64,000 nucleotides of DNA from Octopus sinensis (Eukaryota). Shown in pieces: positions 36,995 through 50,607 of this stretch (position 1 is the stretch's first letter; each line of letters begins with the position of its first letter). The position numbers were made by a program, and so were the translations under genes. The notes under the pieces were generated by a model. The model worked only from the letters and a program-made list of their open reading frames with translations, did not search any database and was not told where the DNA came from. The DNA lies in assembly GCF_006345805.1 (NCBI RefSeq), contig NC_043004.1:4278001-4342000 (forward strand). Direction: 5' to 3'.

Positions 36995-37192
36995 ACGTAC
37001 GTGTTTGTCCCCCTAGCATTGCTTGACAACCGATGCTGGCGTGTTTACGTCCCCGTCACTTAGCGGTTCGGCAAAAGAGACCGATAGAATAAGTACTGGG
37101 CTTACAAAGAATAAGTCCCGGGGTCGATTTGCTCGTCTAAAGGTGGTGCTCCAGCATGGTCGCAGTCAAATGACAGAAACAAGTATAAGAGT
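36505..37192. mobile_element. Adjacent inverted pair of dominant-family SINEs (about 36505-36756 minus, 36785-37192 plus)
   Basis: TTTACTTGTTTCAGTCATTGGACTGCAGCCATGCTGG in the first copy is reverse-complementary to CCAGCATGGTCGCAGTCAAATGACAGAAACAAGTA in the second. Confidence 0.85.
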
Positions 37193-37808
37193 ATCTTAAT
37201 TATTTTTCAGTTAGTTCTATAGCTATTTTTTTTTCTATTGTATTTTATAGAGCAATTATAAATAAATTTGACTAAACTCCCTTTTCCCCACACATCATTT
37301 AATATTCTTTTCTACTCTAGCACAAAGCCAGAAATTTTTGGGGAGGGGGCCAGTTGATTAGATTGACCCCAGTACACAACTGGTACTTAATTTATCAACT
37401 CCAAAAAAGATGAAAGGCAAAGTTGTTTGCTGTGAAATTTGAACTCAGAATATAAAGACAGATGAAATACCATTAAGCATTTCACCCAGCGTACTAATGT
37501 TTCTGCCAACTCACCATCTTAATATTGATAAGTGAATGTATATTATACATGAAACCAGAGTATAACTCATCATACGTCAGGTAGCTTTGAGAGTGTACTT
37601 TCGCCACCAAGAGTAATAACAAGAATTATGTCATACACAATACAATAATTACAAATTAACTTTCATCAAATTTCTTGGTACTTATAATAAAATAATATTT
37701 AGTTTCAAAAGAAAAATATCTTAAATTCCAAATTTCTCGTTTGAATAACTTCTCCAACTACTGCCATTCACTTCCTCTCCTCCAGTCTGATTCAATCTCT
37801 CTCACTAT

Positions 37809-37860
<52 letters not shown>

Positions 37861-38790
37861 TACATATAGATGACCGTTCTTTTACTCATTGCCTGCCACC
37901 AAACCTCTTATGCGCACATATCCTGCACCTTATAACTTACCTCTCTCTATCTTTTTTGCTCTCCTCGCTTTCTCTATGAGGTGTAAAGCATGACCGGAGA
38001 AATCAATCAACTATTATATCTGCTATTATTATATCAAAACTCCTTACCACCAAAAGATTTCATTGCTCAAAGTTATGCCTGTGGGTCATCATCATCATTT
38101 AACGTCCGTTTTCCATGCTAGCATGGGTTGGACGGTTTTGACTGAGGGCTGGCAACCAGATGGCTGCACCAGACTCCAGTCTTGATCTGGCAGAGTTTCT
38201 AACGCCAACCACTCCGAGAGTGTAGTGGGTGCTTTTCACGTGCCACCTGCACAGGGGCCAGTCAGGCGGTACTGGCAATGACCTCGCTCGAATGGTGCCC
38301 TTTTACGTGCCAGTTGGTTGCTCTGGCAACGATCACGCTCGGATGGTGTTCTTGGCACCCTACTAGCACAGGCATAAGTGCCAAAGTACGATACAAATGA
38401 AAAACTTCTCTTATTAGAAATTATTTCATCACAGGAATCTCTCGCCTTGCATATGTGTAAAAATGTTTTTTCTACCTTGTTTGGCACCAGGGCCAACCCT
38501 GAACAAGCAGACCTATAATCAAAAACATTATCACGAAAATCCTGGGTTTTTTTCTCGTTGTTTAAAAAAAAAAATTAACAAGAAATGGCGGTGCCCCAGC
38601 ATGGCCACAGCTCATAAGCTGAAACTAGAATCAATCAATCAATCAAAACTACATTATCCAGTAAGTCATGTTTTAAAATGGGTGATTTAAAAGAATTACT
38701 AATGAGCACCCACAGAGATGCGCATAATTTTCTAAAATATTATTGTTAAACAAATTAACAAAGAATGACAATAGAATCAGCTCTACTTAC

Positions 38791-38862
38791 TTCGCAAAAG
38801 AACTCATTTCCTCGCAATCCACAAAACCAGGAAATCCAAGAGACTTCCTCTGAACTACTCAT
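38791..38862 (-). CDS. CSNK2B: CK2beta first coding exon (72 nt CDS): [24 protein letters not shown]. The exon starts at 38870 with 8 nt of 5'UTR.
   Basis: Long polypyrimidine tract with TTCAG acceptor, ATG at 38862 and GTAAGT donor. Includes the MSSSEE autophosphorylation N-terminus. Full CDS is 221 aa with 3B or 220 aa with 3A. Confidence 0.98.
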
Positions 38863-40424
38863 ATCAGATCCTGAAGTGAAAAAACGAAAAAAGAGAAAAC
38901 TTTAGATAAGCAATTCATGTGAAACTCGTTTAAAATATGTAATTAAATTATTTACCGAATATTTGCTTCCACATGAGAGCAATGATGGTTTTCTCAAAAT
39001 GATCGATATAAGTTTCAACAAATAATCGGTTTGTACATAAAACAGTTTATGTAACAGGAGCAAAATGATACACTCGATTATATGATGGAGGTAACAAATC
39101 TATTTTTACAACACTGTCCTAAAAATGTTTTTTGTTAAAGCAATTCAAAGCAAATTTTGTCATCACCATGTGTGCATGATTCGATACTTATGTTTAACAG
39201 CAAAAAAAAGATCAACCTAAAACCTCTGCTTACACATCGTATTCAATAGCAGGAAGATATTAAACAATACACTTTATACGTCATAATAAACATATCATCA
39301 GATTAAAAAAGAATATTTTCACAATACACTGATCAGATCACTTGAAATTAATTACACATGAAGAAAAAAAAAAATTCTGAAATTCAACAGACGTTAATGT
39401 TTTACTCCCAGAATTCAGTTAGAATTAAGAGAAATGTTATGAAAACAACGTTACAAGCAACAGACATCAATTTCTTCCTACTGGCAATTTAAGATATAAA
39501 GTGAAATATTGGACAGAATAGTGATTCTATATTCTCTGAAATGGGTGTAACGTCATCTTATCACTTCCATCTTATTTTTAATCTTAACTAGCAATAGCTC
39601 ACATTTCAACTAAGATTGGTTAAACGAGATAAGTTCATAAACCCTGATAAAAACATAACCCTGCTATATACAATGAATCCACAAGTAGAAGACATTTCAA
39701 TGCCCAATTCCCTACTCGAGGGTTGTTTATACTGAATTGTTTCAGTAAGCAGAGACGCAATTTTAAATGGATAAATACGCAATAATTATAGCAAGCATTT
39801 ACAAAGATAAATACTAATTGGTAACACAGAAATATAACAAATTAGTGCGACCGGCACTGCAGTGGCTGAAATAATATTCGTCACGATGGAAATATAATAA
39901 TAATAATAATGATGATAATAATAATAATAATGTTTGTTAGATTGACTTAACAGTACATTTAATGATTTTTTGATCGTCTCGTTAAAGGCAAACCCAGAAA
40001 ATACAAAGATATTTAACAAAAGTCGAGTTAAAAACCAAGAACAGTGCCCGCCAACAACGAGCAATCCTCGCGAAACAGTGATTCATCTCTACGAAGAGAA
40101 GCTCAAAAAGGACAATCGTAGACAGAAGTCTTGTGAGATTATAATGGCACTTACAGAAAGTCATTTGCAAACATTATTATGCGATAAAAAATAAACTTCT
40201 AAAATCACTTGACTTGAAACAAATCACGTGTAAAGTGCGTAGATAATTTCTGAATGGTAAGAATTCAACAGATTTTGGCAAAATTCTCTGAAGAGCATCC
40301 GGCCATCTTAAACGATGTCGTTTGCTGTGAAAGCAGAGGGGAGGCTGAGAATTAGAGACAAATACTACATTTCATGAATAGATTAACACAATTTTAAGAT
40401 TGGTAAATAATTATACATGCTTAC

Positions 40425-40560
40425 CGAGGTAACTAGAATGCCTTAAAATATTGGAGATAGAGCGAAATAGCTTTAGAATTTCTGCTACTCAGGAGACACA
40501 AAACACAAAGGTAAAAGTATAGAATAAGAGAATCTTACTAAGGAAATAAGATCTACCTGC
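40425..40560 (-). other. CSNK2B: Probable non-coding first exon of CSNK2B (upstream boundary approximate)
   Basis: Donor CG|GTAAGC at 40424. The ATG exon has an acceptor, so an upstream UTR exon is required, and this donor lies next to the promoter motifs. Confidence 0.5.
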
Positions 40561-40780
40561 CGTAACTATTACGCATGCGTAAGTGCGGTATCATTGTCTC
40601 TTGATTTTAATTCAATTAACTTAAAATAATTTTAATAATTCCTTTCAAAATATTATGTTGATATTTTAAAATATATTTTATATTTCTAAAAAGATTAGTT
40701 TTGAAAAAGAAAAAAATGCCAATATTTCATTGGTGGCGAGATTATCATTTTCCCGCCAAACATCACTTCCGTTTGTAAGA
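40555..40780. promoter_or_regulatory. Bidirectional promoter between CSNK2B and POLE3
   Basis: 14-bp palindrome TTACGCATGCGTAA (40569-40582, NRF1-like core), E2F site TTTCCCGCCAAA (40749-40760) and ETS-like CACTTCCG (40764-40771). Outward-facing splice donors at 40424 (-) and 40858 (+). Confidence 0.65.
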
Positions 40781-40857
40781 AAGAAATCTTCTCGTGTGAA
40801 CTCTATTGATTTCTCTTTCTATTCAACATCCCGGGCTCCTTGTTGCCCCCCAACACG
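40775..40857 (+). other. POLE3: Probable non-coding first exon of POLE3 (start approximate)
   Basis: Donor CACG|GTAAGA at 40858, just downstream of the E2F and ETS motifs. Confidence 0.5.
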
Positions 40858-43800
40858 GTAAGAAATATATCAAACTTCTTTGTCTAGGTCGATAAATTTG
40901 AATTAGAATTATACAAAATATATGAGGTCAAAGGTTACCGAAAACAACGATACCAAATAATCATAGGAACGGCGGTTTCGGTTTATAAATATTGTGGTAA
41001 TCCTTCTGTAGGCAGTTCTTTGTGATGTTTTGTTAGAATGGAGATTTCGTTACAAATGATTTCCGCACACACACACACACACCAAAGAGAGGCATATATA
41101 TGTACACTTATAATATACACATGTATTGGCACGTGTGTATATGTGTATGTACGTGTTGTGATTATTTATTTATGTTTGTAAGAAAAGGGTAGTATATAAC
41201 ATGTCATAGCACATGACAAGTGGGATCATGCTAGTTGCCTTACTACGGATGGGTTTTTGTTTTTTTTCACTTCTGTTTACCAATTTTAAAATGCACAAGC
41301 CTTAAAATCTTCTTTACAGCGTCTGTTTCCCTATTGCGAAAACCATCGCCTACCTATCTTTATAGTTAATGACAGGACTGTTAAGGTAGTCCGATACCAG
41401 AAATTTATCGATATTCTTGCTCACACCAATAATTTCGTTGGAATGGCTGTGCAGTGGATAGAAACTGTCGATAATTGCAATTCGTTATTAGATTAGATAG
41501 GAATCGTCTCACAGAAGCAAATACTTCAATACGAAAAAAAAAAATGAATAAATAAAATAGCAAACGAAATCAGATTACAATACAAGTATTATTTAAGTGT
41601 TTTAACACATTTAAAAATATTTGGTAAAAAGTGTTGTTTAGTATAGAGTGAAATATTATTGCTTTGAGTTCTAAGACAGAGATTTGCTGGCTATCTTTAG
41701 CAGGCAAGATATCCACATCAAACTGCATGTTGTCTTAATCTTAGTACCATAAGAAGACTCCTTAACTTTTTAAATGGAATGTTTCATATGTGCTAGACAT
41801 TAATTTATTAAAATATTCACTGATTAAACGGATTTAGTCGTTGCATTGTATCGCTCAGAAGATTATAGTAGATTATGGTGCCTCTATTATAAACTAAAGC
41901 ATGCAAGACGCAGAGTTTATAATCTAACGCTACTCGCTGCTTCGTATGAGTAATATAAGAGTCATAGAATTTTCATTACTTTGTACTGTTAACCGATTCT
42001 ATGGCGCCCTATTTATTGATAGGCTTGTCTTCAACTGAAATTAGTACCCATTTCTGTGTGTTTTATTGTTTTACTAACGATTTGAAATTTACTGAAGGCG
42101 AAATGATTGTCACTACTATAACTGTTACACCAGTTACAAACACATTCATTAATACCCTTACTTTGGATAGTCTTCTGTACACACACACAAAAAAAACAAA
42201 AACCCCGACTTCTACACCTACTTCCAATATTTTCTCTCTCCCCCTCTTTCTTTAATGTGTTTTGTGTTCGTGTGACTGTTTCTCAGCGCTGCCTCTCTTT
42301 ATCCAGCTGCCCCGTTTATTATAATAGAAATATATAATCTATTGCCGTGGTTGATATGACACAACATTAAAAAGTAAAAGAATGGGGGTGCAGCTGTTTG
42401 GAGGAGAGTGTCTTCGTAAATATTACATTTTACTTACGAAACACTTGGGTATTTTAGTTTGTGCTTAAGTTTATAGTGGTACACGGTGTATTCTGTTATG
42501 GTCCTAGCTTTTGATTTCATACATAGCTGGGGCTTTAGAGTAGCTTGAAACAGACCGTTGTTATTGTACTAATTGTACAAGAAGGTTAACATTTTAGAGT
42601 TTGTTGGCAAAATGCAGTGAACGTCGTTTACATAAAAATAGTCAGGTAACGATGGATACTATTTATGATAATCAGCAGAATATATAAGGTGTAGCTTAGA
42701 CAATAGAAGAGTGTTATCTAGCTAAAGCTAAGCATGATTTATAAATGTAAAAATAATGACTCATAAGGTAGATGGTGTTTAGCCTCTTATTGAGCAGATG
42801 AAATTAATCTCCTCTATGAAAAGACACCAATCAGTCCTGGACAGATTTGTTAAAGTTGACCTTTTAAAAGAAAACTTCACAGCTTGTTTAACTGATCCTT
42901 AGGGCAAAACGTAGCACTGTCAAAGTTAGCTGATCCACATTTGATATATCTGGAATTAGAATCCAGTAGACTGGATCCAACCAGGTTAATGAATTCCTCA
43001 TGTTTTAAATAGGTATGATTTATATCCCTCTGTATTTGTTTACATGTGTGTATGCCCCTCACAATCTCTCTCTCTCTCATTCACCATGTATTCACCTCTT
43101 TGGCAAGACACCTATTCCTCTGTCATACTTTAGGGGGTGTTATGAGTACTTGGTGATTTCACTATTGTCAGCACTGAAAAAAGCACCCATGGGCCCTCTG
43201 AAGTGCTTGGCATTCAGCTGTTGAAACCATGCCAAAGCAGATACTGGAGCTTATTGCATCCCTGTAGCATCTTGGTTTCTCCCAGACCATCCAATCTATG
43301 CCAGCATGGTAAAAGTATTAAATGATGATAATGATATACATAACATAGATAAGTGGTTAACAAGTTTAATCTACAATTATGAGGTCTTGGTTCAATCCCA
43401 TTGCATGGCACCTTGAACAAATATCTTTTACTATAGGTTTGGGTCAACCCAATCTTTGAATGACATTGGAGGGAAACTGTCTAAGCCCATCAGATAAATA
43501 GCATCTGTAACTCAAACGTCCAGCCTTTTCACATAGTTATGCTGATTCTACATGGGAATTATGTTAAGAGCACCTGTCCCCCTGGAATACTCAACCATTT
43601 GCATGTTAATTCAATGGGTAGACTGTTCCAGGTAATTAAATGACAAACCAACAAAGGATCCACTGTCATAATTATTGTCTTGTACTACTGAGTAAAATGA
43701 AAGCTTATTGAATACAGTCTCCTACCAGCTTTGTGTGATTTCAAAACTGATGGTAGATTCCTCAACCATCTGTTTAGCTTATGAAGTAGCATGGTAACTT

Positions 43801-46800
43801 TCAACAATGTCTTCAGTAATATATGATCAGTATCCCAGCATATGAACCTCAAAATCATTATCTCTGTAACAGATGTGATGGATTAACTCGGTTTAAAACT
43901 GGTTTTGTCACAACAATAGATGACATCATCCTCATCAATATCATTGCTTTAATGTTCACTTTTCTATGCTTTATGGGTTTGATGGTGTTTGTTGAGACAG
44001 ACTTTCTATGGTTGGGTGCCCTTCCTGTCACCAACCCTCACCTGTTTCCAAGTAAGGTAATATTTTCTGTTATCACAGAGTATTGGAAATGAATGACACT
44101 GCTTGTATAATATCGCTCATTTACAACTATCAATATCAAGACAAAATGTGTGAAACACACACATTCATATATACACACACACAAACACACAGGCACAAGT
44201 AATATACACAGCTAGCCTCTTTGTTTCCATCTAAGAAATCCACTTATGAGGTTTTTGGTTGGTCCAGGTCTATAAAACACTTGTCCAAGGCGCCAGGCAG
44301 TGGGACTGAACCCAAGACCATGTGGTTGTGAAACATTTTTTTGAACCATGCAGCCACACCTGCACTTTTATATGATAGTTTGTGTGTTATATGCACTAAA
44401 CAAATATAACTGCTTAAGTTGTACATTATTTGATAATAATCATTTCCCTTTATTTTACACATTGCTGATGTCATCATCCCATATGTTGCCATCACTTGCA
44501 AGCATTCATGTCAACTTCTGGCACCTACGTGTGTCTTAAACTGATCAACAGGTCTCTTGTGTACAAGTTCCTTCACTGTTTACATTCATTACTTAAAACC
44601 CTTTTAATACCAACCTGTCAAAGACCACTTCTGGTTCCAGGAAAGAAAACTCTTATTTTTAAAATCTTCCTGTTTTAAGTAATAGCTCTGTTTTCTTAAA
44701 GCAATATTCCAAAATACTAACCTTATAACCAACATGTTTGTCACTTTGTGATATTCCTACTAATAGCTGATTATTTTCAAATTCAATTGTAAAGTGTCAT
44801 CAGTGATTGTGTTAGAAATAAGGACATGAAAGAATCTAATGTCTACAATTTATTCTACTTGTTCCTGTTGACATCTATGGCTGTTTCTGTTGACATTCAA
44901 CTTGTTCCCATTGACATCTATGGCAATTTGACAAAAAGTTTGCTTTGTATCTATGAAGTTCCAGGTTGAAAAATCTTACTGCTTGGTCTCTTGGCCAAGT
45001 AGGTTTTTTTTTTTTTTACTGTAGTCTCAGATCATCTGGCATCTTATGTGGGAAATTTGATGTCTAAGAAATTGTGCATATGTCAATTATATTTGTCTGT
45101 ATGTATTAGTGTTCAGTGATGCAAACAAATTTGAATAGATATACCTTGTAGTATTAAGTATTGCCTCCCCTTCATCTGGTTGACTCAACTTTTGTCCTCT
45201 TCAAAAGTTGATAAATAAAACATCAACATACTGAAGTTGACATAGTCTTCTAAAAAACCTCAAAGGTGTTACCAGTATGGTTACATTGCATTAATTGAAA
45301 TCTGTAAAAGAAAGATTTTTTTAAAACAGGTTAACTATTAAATATTTCCAATTATCCAAAACTAGTCTTCAGCTTTTTGTTGATCACAATGTGGTTCACT
45401 TATTGTATGCATTATATGCACTTACTGTGCACACACGGGTTGTAATACTTGCACATAAAATTAAGTCCCAACATGTATCTTTCTTGTGTGTTATACTTTG
45501 CCATTTTCTCAGTGTCCCTATTGTCAATTAGTTAATCAGTTAATCCCTAGCTTCATTTATTAGGTCTAGTAATATTTATACATTTAATTTATTTTCAAAA
45601 TCCTTCATACACTTATTACTTTCGTCACTGAGGCTATTTCTCTAATTCTCATATATCGTTTCATGCAGGACTGCCAAGTATATAACATTTTTATACAAAC
45701 ACTTCATTTATGGAGTAGATTTGTTATTACTTTTGAAAGTGGTAGATTGGCAAAATCAGAAAGCATCAGGAAAATGCTGTAGGTTATTTGTTCTGGCTCT
45801 TTGCATTCTGTGTTCAGATCTTACCAAGGTCAGCTTTGCCTTTAATTCTTTCAGGGTCAGTAAAATAAAGTTACAGTTAAGTACTGGGCCAGTCATCATT
45901 TAATGTCTCCTTTTCCTTGATGGCATGAGTGGGACAGTCCAACAGGAACCAACCAGCCAGATGACTGTGCTCAGTTTCAATGCCTGCCCTTCCTAATGCT
46001 AACCACTTTACAATGTACTGGGCGCTTTTTCCGTAGCACTGGCACTGTCACCAAGTACTCATCTCAACTAAATGAAATATAGTTCTGAAGGAGGCAAAAA
46101 CATGAAAGAAGGCGGGAACATATTTTTACTTTTTTCAATATCATACCCCGATGTTATCAGTTAATCTCTTCCCACTAAATTGCGGGTCTTGTATCAAAAT
46201 TAGCAGATGGTTGTGGAATATTTAATAAATGTAGTCACACAATAGTTCAAATTTTCTAGCCAATGTATTGGTACTCCTCAACAAGGTGCTTATTTCACTC
46301 ACTATGAACCTCTTTGTGCTTAATAGTACAGCAGTAAAAATATAATATTGTTCCAAAAATAAAAACTATTATTGTCAGCTTTCTTCATTATTCCTATCTA
46401 GTAGGAGTATTAAGTTTTGTTATCTATGCCCTCTACATTATTTAGGTTTTGGTGTACTCCGGTCAGTTGGTTTACCGTGACCCTTTATAAATTTCTATTG
46501 CATAATGTAATTTGTACCTACCTTGTAGGTATATATAGATGTATATGGTTGGCATATTTGTAGACAACTCAGTTGCAATGTATAAATATTAAAAATAGTA
46601 TCTTTGCAAGATGTACTTTTGATCTATGAACCTCTGGGTTATGGGCCCAGCATGCTTTCACTGTGCCACTCTGCTCAGCGGATACTTTAGCAAATATACG
46701 ATGTATTACTTTTATTGTCTGTTCTGAGTTACATTACTTCTATGGCATCATTCATCATATGATGTTTTTATTTCTATACTTGGATTCTGTCAAATGTATG

Positions 46801-47169
46801 AAATATAGTAATTACATAATACCTGTAGAAGCACTGGAATGTTAATTTAATTACAGAAAGGTGACATTACATTCTGTTGATATTCCAAGAGTTAGGCATT
46901 TCACAAACTACATGCATAGATCTATGCATTGCAAATTTTTTCTTGGTGTCCCTTCATTTGCCATTTTCAGGTCAACCAGAAGTAAACTACCTCCATAAAT
47001 GTTCCCCCAGCACTTGCTTAGCAAGTGGGCTGTTCTTTTATTAAACTACTCTATTATATTGTCATTTCAGCTCCTAGGAATCTGTAGCCTTATTTCTCTA
47101 TCTTGAGTCCTATACAGAATGCTAATATGCAGTTTGTTTGCAGGTAAACAATTGATGCCCTAGTGTACA

Positions 47170-47235
47170 ATGGCAGAGCGACCTGAAGATCTAAATTTGC
47201 CAAATGCTGTTATTACAAGAATTATCAAGGAAGCC
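47170..47235 (+). CDS. POLE3: DNA polymerase epsilon subunit 3 / CHRAC17, first coding exon: [22 protein letters not shown]
   Basis: Matches the human POLE3 N-terminus as recalled. GTGAGT donor. Confidence 0.97.
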
Positions 47236-47397
47236 GTGAGTTATTCATTACTTAACATTTTCATGTGATGCTTATTTCATTTTATACAATTATATTTTAT
47301 TCCTTCTCCAATCAGCCAGTGTCACAATAATAATATTAAAAAATAGGATTTGAATTTTGAGTCAGGCATTGTGAAGTAATTTTTCATTAATACTTAA

Positions 47398-48270
47398 TGA
47401 AATGGATGTGACTGTGTGGTAAAAAGCTTGCTTCCCAACAACAAGGTTCCGGGTTCAGTCCCGCAGCATGGCACCTTGTGCAAGTGTCTTCTAATGTAGC
47501 TTTGGGCTGACCAAAGCCTTGTGAGTGGATTTGGTAGATGGAAACTGAAAGAAGCCTGTCGTGTATGTATATATATCATCATCGTTTAATGTCCATTTTC
47601 CATGCTGGCATGTGTTGGATGGTTTGACTGATGTCTGGAAAGCCAGCGACTGCACCAGGCTCCAATCTGATCTGGCAATGTTTCTACAGCTGGATGCCCT
47701 TCCTAATGCCAACCACTCCAAGAATGTGGTTGGTGTTTTTTATGTGCCACTGGCACAGGAGCCAGTCAGGTGACCCTGGCATCACGTTTGGATAGTGCTT
47801 TTTACATACCACCAGCACAAGAGCCAGTCAGAGGGCACTAGCATCGACCACATTCGGGTGCTGCTTTTTACATACCACCAGCACAAGAGCCAGTCAGGGG
47901 GCACTGGCATTGACCACTTTTGGATGGTACAATTTACGTGCCACCAGCACAGGATTTTACTTGACTCAACAGGTCTTCGGAAGCGTATCATATCATCCAT
48001 CGCATCAAGGGTACTTTTAAATGGGCCAGACGTGCAAAACTAGCATTGGCCATGGCTGCAATCTCATTTTAGTTGCTGGGTCTTCTCAATCATAGCATAT
48101 CTCCAAAGGTCTCGGTCTGCTGTCATGGGCTTTGTAAGGCCCAACATTCGAAGGTCATGCTTCACCACCTTGTCTGATGTTTTCCTAAATCTACCTCTTC
48201 CACAGTTAGGGTGTGGCACTTCCTCACACAGCTGTCCTCATCCATATGTAACACATGACCATACCAGTGT
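47398..48270. mobile_element. SINE head (47398-47575, +) followed by an RTE-type LINE 3' fragment (about 47577-48270, -) with about 60-bp internal tandem repeats
   Basis: The minus strand encodes WYGHVLHMDEDSCVRKCHTLTVE and ends in a (GAT)n-type tail. Confidence 0.7.
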
Positions 48271-48729
48271 TGGTGTGTTAACATCCCTGTAACATAGCAA
48301 TTCAGTAAAAGACCACTAGAATAAGTACTTGGCTTTAAAAAAAAAGGTCCATTTGTTTGATGAAAACCTTTTGAGGCAGGGCTCCAACATGACCGCATTC
48401 AAATGACTTAAGCAAAAGAATAAAAGAATACCAAAGTTTACAGAAATACATACATTTCAATTAAAATCGTTTTTTTTTTAATGTATAAATACTATTTCTT
48501 GGTGCTAAAATGACTATCTCTTGGTAGCTGGTGCCATCTGAAACATTTCAATTTGCCTCTTGATCAGGCAATAAAATTCACTACATCTGTTTGTGTTTCT
48601 GGTCTCACTCCTAGCTGTCGGTCAATGCTGGATCCTGTTGACGTGGTCTGCTCGCTACCAACACTCTTAGCTTCTCTGGACAATGATATGTTATAGCTTA
48701 GTATTAAGAATCTTTTTTTTTTTTTTATT

Positions 48730-50607
48730 TTTTGTTTCACTCATTAGACCGTGACCATATTGGGACACTGCCTTGAAGTGTTTAGTCAAATAAATTGGCC
48801 CCAATACTTATTTTATTGGTCTCTTTTTGCCAAACTGCTACGTTACAGTAGTGTAAACAAAACAACAACAGCTGTCAAGCAGTGGTGGGCAGAGGACAAA
48901 CACAAAGTGCATATACACTCAGCAGGCTTCCATACAGTTTCAGTCTACCAAATTTATTCACAAGGCATTTGGTATTGCCTGTGACTATAGTAGACACTTG
49001 CCCTTGGTGCCATGTAGTAGGACTGAACCAGGAACTGCTTGCAAAGTGAATTTCTTAACCACCCAACCACAAAATTTTTGAGGAAATCTGTAAAGAACTT
49101 AAATTATTTTCGCCATTTACTGCTTGGGTGGATCTGGTTTATTTATTGGAGCAATTGATTTTGACAGCATGGTATATCGTTCCTACTGCTAGCCACTTAG
49201 AACTGATGAAGGATCTTCTCTGCAGCTTATTGGTCTTCTAGAAATAGTAACCAGAGCTGTCTCTAGACATTCACTACTACCTTTTAAAAGGAAGGTCATA
49301 TTGGATAATGTAGTATGAACTATACTATATCTGGAAATAAAGATGAGATGGTCGTGGTTGGAGTGCTTTCAGTCAGATCTAATCAATGAGTAATCAACTT
49401 CATGGGAGTGAGTAGGTCTTGATGCCCGTGGCTGTAGAAGGGAATGCTGCCTGTGACAGATTAGCACAATCAATCGAGAGTTATGTACCCTTCTTCACAA
49501 TCACACTGCAGGAGTTCTTTTACTCTATTCAGTCACGTGACTGTGGCCATGCTGGAGCACTGCCGTTAGTCGAGCAAATTGACCCCCAGAACTTATTCTT
49601 TTTAAACCTAGTACTTATTCTATCGGTTTCTTTTGCCGAACCGCCAAGTTATGGGGACGTAAACACCAGCATCAGTTGTCAAGCAATGTTGTGGTGACAA
49701 ACACACACATACATATGTACGACGGGCTTATTTCCGTCTACCAAATCCACTCACAAGGCTTTGGTTGGCCTGAGGCTATAGTAGAAGACAACTTGCCCAA
49801 GGTGCCACACAGTGGGACTGAACCCGGAACCATGTGGTTGGTAAGCAAGCTACTTACCACACAGCATCTCCTACGCTGTTAATTTTTTTTCATTCATCAT
49901 TAAATGTCTGCCTTCCACACTGGCATGGGTTGGACTATATACTCCAAAATCTGATCTTGCGACCATTTGGTCCACAAGTCCAGTTGTTTACTCTCGAAGT
50001 TATTGCATTTCGTTGAGACAGCTGTAGCCATGTAGTTAGGAAGTTTACATGATTCAGGTTTCATTTCTATTGCACTCCACATTTTGAGTGAAAACTGGGT
50101 TGTCAGAAATGATGTAGAAACTTCCAAACTGAAACTATACTATCACCTGGATTTAACATTTAAAAAATATATATAAGCATCAAGATTTTCCTGTATTTTT
50201 GTTCTAGTTACTAATGAAACCAAAATAACAGTAGTGAAGTGTTTATTCTCTTTTACTCTTTTACTTGTTTCAGTCATTTGACTGCGGCCATGCTGGAGCA
50301 CCGCCTTTAGTCGAGCAATTCGACCCCGGGACTTATTCTTTGAAACCCCAGTACTTATTCTATTGGTCATTTTTTGCCGAACCGCTAAGTGACGGGGACG
50401 TAAACACAGACACACAAACATACACGCACACACATACATATATACGATGGGCTTCTTTCAGTTTCTGTCTACCAAATCCACTCACAAGGCATTGGTCGGC
50501 CCGGGGCTATAGCAGAAGACACTTGCCCAAGATGCCACGCAGTGGGACTGAACCCGGAACCATGTGGTTGGTTAGCAAGCTACTTACCACACAGCCACTC
50601 CTGCGCC
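48730..50607 (-). mobile_element. Cluster of three same-orientation dominant-family SINEs (about 48730-49070, 49520-49875, 50244-50607)
   Basis: Each is colinear with 3690-4091. Confidence 0.8.

Noticed and set aside
39786-40194. Short ORFs in the first CK2beta intron
   Set aside because: No recognisable homology or splice support. This is promoter-proximal intronic sequence with an (ATA)n tract.
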